IMG/VR virus record: IMGVR_UViG_3300034782_000041
Span: 10,407-74,406 of that record
Reading direction: 5' to 3' (one strand)
DNA length: 64,000 nt
Origin: a virus
The translations under genes and the position numbers were made by a program. The notes beneath the pieces were generated by a model that saw only the letters and a list, made by a program, of their open reading frames with translations, was not told the DNA's origin and searched no databases. Below, piece after piece: positions 24,404 through 30,632 of the stretch. Within the stretch, counting starts at the first letter, position 1, and each line of letters starts with the position of its first letter.

Positions 24404-24474
24404 CTCCCCGCGGTGCCTCTGGAAGGAATTGCACCCTCATCAACGGGGTAAGAACCCGGTATTCTCCTGTTGAA
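24404..24474 (-). tRNA. tRNA-Lys(CUU) with non-canonical T-loop UGCAAUU
   Basis: Perfect acceptor GCCTCTG/CAGAGGC, D-stem GTTC/GAAT, anticodon loop UUCUUAC, T-arm GAGGG-TGCAATT-CCTTC. Confidence 0.4.
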
Positions 24475-24487
24475 CTACAGAGGCAAG

Positions 24488-24575
24488 ATGATCCTCCGAT
24501 GAGAAGGATCATGTACTGTCTTCGTCATCGTCAGCTATTCGATTACCAGAGGCTCGATTCACAAGCTATCGAGCC
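24488..24575. other. two strong 8-bp hairpins in a tRNA-free spacer of the array
   Basis: ATGATCCT-ccgatgaga-AGGATCAT (24488-24512) and GGCTCGAT-tcacaagct-ATCGAGCC (24551-24575). Confidence 0.45.
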
Positions 24576-24598
24576 AACATTCCAGAGAACGTTCGCGG

Positions 24599-24670
24599 AG
24601 CGGGCGACGGGAATCGAACCCGCCAGGGCCTGCCTGGCAGACAGGTGTCACGCCTTGTGACTTCACCCGC
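24599..24670 (-). tRNA. tRNA-Gly(GCC)
   Basis: Acceptor GCGGGTG/CGCCCGC, D-stem GTCA/TGAC, anticodon stem CCTGT/GCAGG loop CUGCCAG. Confidence 0.55.
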
Positions 24671-24686
24671 GTATTTCTTTCAGTGG

Positions 24687-24757
24687 AGCCGACGGACAGA
24701 GTCGAACTGTCATCCCCGCTTTACGAAAGCGGTGCACTACCGTTGTGCTACGAAGGC
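24687..24757 (-). tRNA. tRNA-Thr(CGU) (two acceptor-stem mismatches)
   Basis: D-stem GCAC/GTGC, anticodon stem CCGCT/AGCGG loop UUCGUAA, T-arm GACAG-TTCGACT-CTGTC; acceptor GCCTTCG/CGTCGGC mismatched at 4-69 and 5-68. Confidence 0.4.
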
Positions 24758-24771
24758 AGGTCTATGAATGG

Positions 24772-24838
24772 CGGGCCGCCGAGGAATCGAACCCCGCTGG
24801 CCGGATTTGGAGCCCAGCCTGATCCCAGATCGCAACCC
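24772..24838 (-). tRNA. tRNA-Trp(CCA)
   Basis: Acceptor GGGTTGC/GCGGCCC (two G-U), anticodon stem CTGGG/TCCGG loop CUCCAAA, G73; compact D-arm. Confidence 0.45.
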
Positions 24839-25060
24839 AGAAACCAAGAAAGCCAGGGAGACCTTTGTCTGCCCTGGCTTCCTAGTGTGGTCATGTTCTC
24901 TAGTTAGCCAGGGCGTGTCCTCCAGAGATTGGCCTGAATATCGTACGAGGACACGACGCTAAACGCACATGTACCCAGGCCCAACCCTTTGGGCTTTGGT
25001 TCGTGGTGCGTTTGGGTCGCGGCTAACATCACTCTCAGAATACAGGTACTCTACAAACTG

Positions 25061-25543
25061 TCAACCGTTTTCTCGCTCGATCGCAGGCACACCATAGGTC
25101 GCGAGGTTCTTGTTCTTGTAGCCGGCGACGGACGTGATTTCAAGCGCACTCTCAGCCCACCAAGGCAGATCGAATTCAAGCGCGCTGGCCTCGTCGGCAA
25201 ACTCGACTTCCAGAACGAAGAGGCCGGCTAGCTCACCAAGATATTCGTCCACCTCAAGCGTGTGCGTGTCGGTCTTGATGATTCGACGAAGCTTACGTAC
25301 GCGACGTCCCTCGGTCTGACGCCAAAGTAGATCAAACACCCAACGAGGTACCGTCGTGATCCATTCACGGCGCGCGAGGTTTCCGTCGTCCTTGACGGTG
25401 AGCACAGAGTGTACGCCGCCCTCTTCGCGAATGCGTAGCTCGCCAGGTGCAACGAACACGTAGCCCTGCACGATGGTGATAGGCGTCAGCGCCTGGACCT
25501 CAATCGGCAGGTGGGGGAGTAGAAATTTCCGCTCGATCTCCAT
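25061..25543 (-). CDS. CYTH-domain protein (triphosphate tunnel metalloenzyme / class IV adenylyl cyclase-like)
   Basis: N-terminal EIERKFLL signature of CYTH, followed by alternating acidic/basic beta-strand pattern (ELRIREEG..REWITTV..LEVDEY..LEVEF). Confidence 0.55.
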   Translation of the reverse strand: MEIERKFLLPHLPIEVQALTPITIVQGYVFVAPGELRIREEGGVHSVLTVKDDGNLARREWITTVPRWVFDLLWRQTEGRRVRKLRRIIKTDTHTLEVDEYLGELAGLFVLEVEFADEASALEFDLPWWAESALEITSVAGYKNKNLATYGVPAIERENG

Positions 25544-26198
25544 CTTCCTCTTTCACCACGCATTCAGCGGGCACGGGTTGACAAAGCCCGTAAGCGAACT
25601 CGTACTGATCGATATCCCAGGCGGCTTGAAATGCTAGCCGCAGCTCTTCTGTAGGCTCTACAGTGTCGTCCAGTGCGTCATGGAAACGCCACTTGCACGC
25701 GATGCCAGAGACCTCTTCGTAGTCTGCCGCGGATTGTAGTAGCGCCTCAGCGGTCGCACGTTCGAGCATGATGTTTGGTACAGCGCCTCCGCCAGTTGAG
25801 TTCGCGGCCCACTTCTGTACGATAGTACACGCAAGGTCGGCGATTTCGCCCGCAGCGTGCCAAGCCGCATCGTCCAACTGGTAACCAGCGTGTTGCGCAT
25901 CTTCGCCGTAGTCCCGCGCAGCGTGATAGATCCACGAAACAGGATCGCTGCCGTCATAGTCGTCATGCGTGACGGCCCACTCACGGATGGTGCCATTCAC
26001 GTAACTTTCGGCGAACTGTAGCGCGCACTCCACCGTGCGTGCAGCATTCAACGCAGCCTGGTTTTTCACGGGCTGCGATCCCCGCTTTAGTTGTGCCATG
26101 CCTGGCATGACGTGCCGTGCAAGTGCCACCGCGCAGGCAGCAGCGTTGCGAGTGTCACGCCAAGGAAACATGAACCAACGGTGGATGTCACCGTCCAT
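25500..26198 (-). CDS. hypothetical protein (start trimmed to internal Met)
   Basis: Six-frame ORF extends to 26372 but its first ~58 codons are Arg/Ser-rich and overlap the upstream gene; MDGDIHRWFMF.. start at 26198 abuts the upstream stop at 26188. Confidence 0.4.
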   Translation of the reverse strand: MDGDIHRWFMFPWRDTRNAAACAVALARHVMPGMAQLKRGSQPVKNQAALNAARTVECALQFAESYVNGTIREWAVTHDDYDGSDPVSWIYHAARDYGEDAQHAGYQLDDAAWHAAGEIADLACTIVQKWAANSTGGGAVPNIMLERATAEALLQSAADYEEVSGIACKWRFHDALDDTVEPTEELRLAFQAAWDIDQYEFAYGLCQPVPAECVVKEEDGDRAEISTPPPAD

Positions 26199-26862
26199 TC
26201 TTCTCCACCACCGCTGACGCCGCACCCAAGACGATCTGGAAAGCAACCGCGTGAGCACCGATCCGCCAAGCCGCGGCTGCCGCGAGCCTTTCTGTAGGCG
26301 GGATGTTCGTGACGTCATCAGTGAGTGCGAGCCAGTCACGGATGCGCCACCTGATTTCGAGGTCCGAGGCATTGTCTTCTGTGATTGTAGCCCACGCGTC
26401 AGCAGAACCCAGGTACGACACTCTGCGCGGCTCCGTAACTTGCTGCGTGCAAAGGATCAAAGCTGCGCGATTCACCAGCTCTATGTAGGTGATGGAGTTA
26501 TACGCGTTATCTCCAAGCATAGGATAGCTAAGCGTCTGTGCTGAGCCTGTGATTTTGCCCCACCGAGCTTGGAAGCGCCTACGGTCGGCTTTGGTCCAAA
26601 CTTTCTTCGCCGCGCGGCTCGTCGCACGTGCTGCGCGTCGATACTTCGTCGCGGTCGAGCGAAGTAACACACTGGGATGTGCAGAGTCGGATTCCTGAAT
26701 TCCCTGTTCGTAGATCAGATCTGCCAGGTCTGCCAGGTAGCCCGCGACGTGGTTAGGGTGATTCCAGCGCAGTAACGGATCGTCGCTCTGCGCTGCGAAG
26801 ATCGCGGCGAGCGTAATGGGATCCTCTTCAGGATTGTCGCTGCCCGACCCGAGACGCGTCAT
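26188..26862 (-). CDS. hypothetical protein (start trimmed to internal Met)
   Basis: Six-frame ORF extends to 27027; N-terminal 55 codons overlap 26828-27136 gene out of frame; MTRLGSGSDNPEEDPITLAAIF start chosen. Confidence 0.4.
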   Translation of the reverse strand: MTRLGSGSDNPEEDPITLAAIFAAQSDDPLLRWNHPNHVAGYLADLADLIYEQGIQESDSAHPSVLLRSTATKYRRAARATSRAAKKVWTKADRRRFQARWGKITGSAQTLSYPMLGDNAYNSITYIELVNRAALILCTQQVTEPRRVSYLGSADAWATITEDNASDLEIRWRIRDWLALTDDVTNIPPTERLAAAAAWRIGAHAVAFQIVLGAASAVVEKNGR

Positions 26863-27136
26863 GTGCGGGCCTTGTCGGTTCGGGTTTCCGTTCCAGCTCA
26901 GGGCGCGCAATCGGCGTGCCGTCCTCTTTGATGGGCCAGAAACGCAGCCCGTCGTACGCACCCCGACGTATGTACTGAACGAACATTTCCAACGGGCGGG
27001 CCCAGAGCTGTTCTGGGTTTTCCACATCGTGATAGACGACGAGCTTCATGTGGTGCGCCTCGGAGTGTGTTGCGGTGCCTAGTACGCGGACGCGGCCGCC
27101 CTTGAAGTGTTGGTAGAGACCAGGTTCGATAGTCAT
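26828..27136 (-). CDS. DUF1653-like protein
   Basis: YQHFKGGRVRVLGTATHSE..KLVVYHDVENPEQLWARP pattern resembling DUF1653. Confidence 0.4.
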   Translation of the reverse strand: MTIEPGLYQHFKGGRVRVLGTATHSEAHHMKLVVYHDVENPEQLWARPLEMFVQYIRRGAYDGLRFWPIKEDGTPIARPELERKPEPTRPAHDASRVGQRQS

Positions 27137-27149
27137 GTCAGCTCTCTTT

Positions 27150-27542
27150 CTAGGACGCTACGTCGCGTAGCTTTCGCATGGTTTCGATGATCGGCTCAGG
27201 CGCTTGGCCTGGCGCGACTACACAGATGAAATTCGGGAACTCGTTGACGTCGTCGATTTGGCCCGCAGGGGTCGAGACGAGGTGCCGTAGAGTCTGCTCA
27301 ACACGCCCGTCTGGGTGGTGCAGTACGACCATGGCCAACCCGATGACGGGAAACGAGATGACCTGTCCTGGACGTTCCATGTCGTCGTAGCAGGCTGTCC
27401 ACCCCGGAAACACAGGAATGACGTTCTGCACGATGTACGCGCCAGGCGGTAGTGGCGGTTGAGGTTTTGGTGATGACCGCACGTCCGCTTTCGGTTCCGC
27501 TTTCGGTTCCGTCTTCTCGCCCAAATCAAACATGTCTTCCAT
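27150..27542 (-). CDS. hypothetical protein
   Basis: 130-aa ORF. Confidence 0.4.
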   Translation of the reverse strand: MEDMFDLGEKTEPKAEPKADVRSSPKPQPPLPPGAYIVQNVIPVFPGWTACYDDMERPGQVISFPVIGLAMVVLHHPDGRVEQTLRHLVSTPAGQIDDVNEFPNFICVVAPGQAPEPIIETMRKLRDVAS

Positions 27543-27547
27543 GCTGC

Positions 27548-27880
27548 TTAGATATCAGATCGGTGTGACAGCGACCGATATTCGACGGGTTGGTTGATGC
27601 TATTCGCGTGATCGATGCCAGCTTGCATACCTGGGGCGATGCCACGGTCCGTGTATACCACAGTAGCTGCCGCGGCACTGCGCCACGCGAAGCCCGCTTC
27701 GATTCCTTGTCGGCGCTCAGCAGGGTCGTCGTCGTTGAGCACGCCTGGCTGTGTGTAGATAGCATGGGAGGCGAACGGGGCTTCCCCACGTTGGAGGCAG
27801 TCGTGGAGCGCTGCGCGTAGGTAAGTCAGGTTGGCGTCTACGTCGCCTGCGTACGGACTCTCAACGATCACACGTCGCAT
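27548..27880 (-). CDS. hypothetical protein, possibly nucleoside 2-deoxyribosyltransferase-like (DUF4406-like)
   Basis: IVESPYAGDVDANLTYLRAALHDCLQRGEAPFASH resembles the N-terminus of DUF4406 proteins; weak. Confidence 0.3.
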   Translation of the reverse strand: MRRVIVESPYAGDVDANLTYLRAALHDCLQRGEAPFASHAIYTQPGVLNDDDPAERRQGIEAGFAWRSAAAATVVYTDRGIAPGMQAGIDHANSINQPVEYRSLSHRSDI

Positions 27881-28458
27881 CAGATTTGATTCCTTTTGTC
27901 ATGCTGTCTCTGGCGCATACGTTGCAGCCGTTTGTAGCTGCGAAGATCCCGCCGGTCGTATGTCAAGACGATGCGAGCCCACCCATCGTGGTCGAGCAGC
28001 TCAGCTGCCTTCGGGGTGAGATCTGCGATACCACGCCACTTGCCTACAGGACAACGGCCTGTTGGACACACGGCTCTACTAGGGCGCTCATAGGCGTGGT
28101 GCTTGACGTACCAGAACGCTTCACCGGTCGGCTGATGTGAAATCGCACCCCACGGCCCGGCATCGACAACGACGGCACGCAGAGATTTCCCGGTCTCCAG
28201 GTTGGTCAGGTGTACGACAGCACCACAATCCAACTGTCGATGTGCAATACCTATGTCGTGCTCGGGATCAACCGGCCGTTTGCGTCCATGCTCGTCGTAT
28301 AGGCAGCGCGTAGGTCCGCTGCCCCAACGATCTCCCGGGTAGCCAAAGATGGTGGCGATGCCCACAGCTCTTTTGGTGAACCTCTTGGTCGGCGTATTGC
28401 CATACGTGGAGGAGGTTGTCCACAGGAGAGCTGTTGCTAGGTATAACGTCTTCTGCAA
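27880..28458 (-). CDS. secreted RlpA-like double-psi beta-barrel protein (possible cell-wall lytic factor)
   Basis: Signal peptide MQKTLYLATALLWTTSSTYG; GIAHRQLDCGAVVHLTNLETGKSLRAVVVDAGPWG matches RlpA-like motif (AAH..LP.G..V.VTNL.NGRSV.V.V.DRGP). Confidence 0.5.
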   Translation of the reverse strand: MQKTLYLATALLWTTSSTYGNTPTKRFTKRAVGIATIFGYPGDRWGSGPTRCLYDEHGRKRPVDPEHDIGIAHRQLDCGAVVHLTNLETGKSLRAVVVDAGPWGAISHQPTGEAFWYVKHHAYERPSRAVCPTGRCPVGKWRGIADLTPKAAELLDHDGWARIVLTYDRRDLRSYKRLQRMRQRQHDKRNQI

Positions 28459-28466
28459 TTGTCCGC

Positions 28467-29060
28467 TCAGATAATGCCCTGCATGAGCGTGTTGTAGTTG
28501 AAGTCAGTCCCGAGTGCGTCAGTGATGCTGATATAGGGAAGTGCCATGCCAAGTAATTCATTGACGCAGATGTATGTGTACTGTGGGACTTCCATTGTGC
28601 CTTCAACAAATTCGCGTCCGAGATCGGTGATCTTGTAGAAACCAACACGAGGTGAGCCGTCTGGGCGTGTGCCTGTTTTCGCGGTAATCAGCTGCCAGTG
28701 ACATAGCTTCGCGTAGTCACCTCCGTGCCAACCAGCTTTCTTACCCGGGGGTATTTGTTGCGCTGCGAGATAGCTAGGGACGTGCAGCCAAGTGTTAGCC
28801 CAATTGTTCCGCCAGTAGAACCTGTAAATGTAGATCAGCGCTGCTGCCATCGCGTCAGTAATTGGACGTTTGTACACTTTGACTCGCCGACCACAACACG
28901 GACAGCTTGGTAGCTTGGCTACAGGCGCTACCGCACGTAGGAACTCGCGTGCGATCGACAGACTCTTGAAGCGCTGATCGAGGTACGCGTCACGGGCTGG
29001 GTCGAGGGCGTGGCCACTCCAGTCTACCCCAAAGCTGTTTACGCGTTGTCTCATAACCAC
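28467..29060 (-). CDS. hypothetical protein with CxxC motif
   Basis: 197 aa; LPSCPCCGRRVKVY. Confidence 0.4.
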   Translation of the reverse strand: MVMRQRVNSFGVDWSGHALDPARDAYLDQRFKSLSIAREFLRAVAPVAKLPSCPCCGRRVKVYKRPITDAMAAALIYIYRFYWRNNWANTWLHVPSYLAAQQIPPGKKAGWHGGDYAKLCHWQLITAKTGTRPDGSPRVGFYKITDLGREFVEGTMEVPQYTYICVNELLGMALPYISITDALGTDFNYNTLMQGII

Positions 29061-29485
29061 CTCTTCTCTGGGTCCGGCACAGGAAATGCGCTATCTGTCG
29101 TCGTCGCATGAGCGTACGCGTCGAGGGCCGTGCGTAGCCGTAGACATACCAGACAGTGACGTTGCAGGGTTCCCGCCCAAACTCTGCCTATCCCAAAACA
29201 CACGGGACAGCGCTTCACGAATTCGCGGGCAGCTTCTTCGACACTGCTGTAGTAGGGTCGAAGCACGCGTAGAACTCCTGGTGCATCGAGCTTTGCCATG
29301 CCGTTGGGATCGGCACGGTTGAGAAGGTAAAGCGCTTTTGAGCAGTCTTCGCAGACCAGACAGAAGCAGGGTTGGTAGTCACCGCTCTGTCGAACCTTGC
29401 CTACGCCGTGACAGGCAGGACAACGATCCATGTGTTCGAGGAGCGCGTTGACTAGCTCGTTGGCTATCTCTCGTGTAAGTGCCAT
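29051..29485 (-). CDS. hypothetical Cys-rich protein (two Cys4-like clusters)
   Basis: CPACHGVGK..CFCLVCEDC and CPVCFGIGRV..CLVCLR. Confidence 0.4.
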   Translation of the reverse strand: MALTREIANELVNALLEHMDRCPACHGVGKVRQSGDYQPCFCLVCEDCSKALYLLNRADPNGMAKLDAPGVLRVLRPYYSSVEEAAREFVKRCPVCFGIGRVWAGTLQRHCLVCLRLRTALDAYAHATTTDSAFPVPDPEKRWL

Positions 29486-29541
29486 GTGTTTTGCCGGTGC
29501 ACGCAGCAGCTTCTTTTAGACGCCCTGCGTGCCATCGAAAA

Positions 29542-30093
29542 CTACGCGCCAATTTTGCTCAAGTATCGATCCACTTCGACGAGCAGCGCACGGCCCTCCT
29601 CGAAGAGCCTCTGGTCGGATTCAGATTCGCAGGCCTTTACTGCCAGTAAGCAATGCGCCGCCTTGGCGATCTTGCCCTTGATATCGAAAACGGCTTGCTC
29701 AGCATCATATGCGCGGCGTCGTGCAATTTCTCCGTTGACGATGCCTTGCTTCTGCTTCATGAAACCGAGCGCCTTGCGGGCTCGTTGCCACCAGTCGAAG
29801 TCGTCCACCAACTGGCTCGCGTCATCAAGGCTGATGCTGTAGCGGCCGCTAAGCGCTTCTGCGAAACGATCCAAGTCGAATGCTATAGCTGGGCCTAGCT
29901 CGCGGGCGACCTCACGTACGACTTGCAGCTCGTAGCTTTCTGTTTCAATTTGTGCTTGCAGAGCAGCGACTGCGCCCTGGATCTCCTCGTTCAGGCCTCG
30001 CAGTTCGTAGGTTTTCAGAGTCCGCACGGTGGCTCCGAATGTGTGCGTTCGCTGCGTCTGCCACCACGGTCGATCTGTGTGTGCCTCAGGCAT
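29542..30093 (-). CDS. hypothetical protein
   Basis: 183-aa ORF. Confidence 0.4.
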   Translation of the reverse strand: MPEAHTDRPWWQTQRTHTFGATVRTLKTYELRGLNEEIQGAVAALQAQIETESYELQVVREVARELGPAIAFDLDRFAEALSGRYSISLDDASQLVDDFDWWQRARKALGFMKQKQGIVNGEIARRRAYDAEQAVFDIKGKIAKAAHCLLAVKACESESDQRLFEEGRALLVEVDRYLSKIGA

Positions 30094-30559
30094 CTATGAG
30101 TTCTCTTGGGTTGATGATTTCTACAGGGCGCTGTACGGAGTTCGCGTATAGTACTGCGTCTGCTGTTCCTCCAGGGCCGCCGTGCCATACTGCTACGAGA
30201 ATCTCGCAGCGGTCTACAAGCCAGCGGTTGCGTGCGTCGAATTTCCAACGGGCAAAACCTGGCTCCGATACGTAGACTACCTCATGCGCCTCGGCGAGTA
30301 GATCACGATAGTATTGTTGAGTCTGAACGGGCCACCGACTTTCGTGGCCTGCAAACGGGATCGCGGCAACGAATGGGATATTCAACGCAATGCACGCCGC
30401 TGCGAAGTACTGATCCACACCGAGCGCCATGCCTGTGATGCCCTCACTTGCGCATCGATTTACCAGCGTGTATTTCAGCTCTGCTATGATCGGCGCACGA
30501 AGTGGTTCAAGGCCTGTGCCAAGCTTCTGGGGCCGATGGCCTGTGACACCTACGATCAT
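30086..30559 (-). CDS. SLOG-type Rossmann protein (DUF1273/YpsA-like)
   Basis: N-terminal MIVGVTGHRPQKLG characteristic of DUF1273/SLOG family. Confidence 0.35.
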   Translation of the reverse strand: MIVGVTGHRPQKLGTGLEPLRAPIIAELKYTLVNRCASEGITGMALGVDQYFAAACIALNIPFVAAIPFAGHESRWPVQTQQYYRDLLAEAHEVVYVSEPGFARWKFDARNRWLVDRCEILVAVWHGGPGGTADAVLYANSVQRPVEIINPRELIDA

Positions 30560-30632
30560 GAGCGCGTACCATAGCAGACGAGGGTGACAAGAGACCGAGG
30601 CCAGTCCAGGTGGGCTGGCCCCGGCCTCAGCG

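Noticed and set aside
21062-24962. Numerous 60-200 aa six-frame ORFs across the tRNA array (many containing GIEPRS / GLEPR / GIEPT peptides)
   Set aside because: They are translations of tRNA genes; the recurring peptides derive from the conserved T-arm GGAATCGAACC. Both strands and all frames are populated, which is typical of structured RNA rather than coding sequence.
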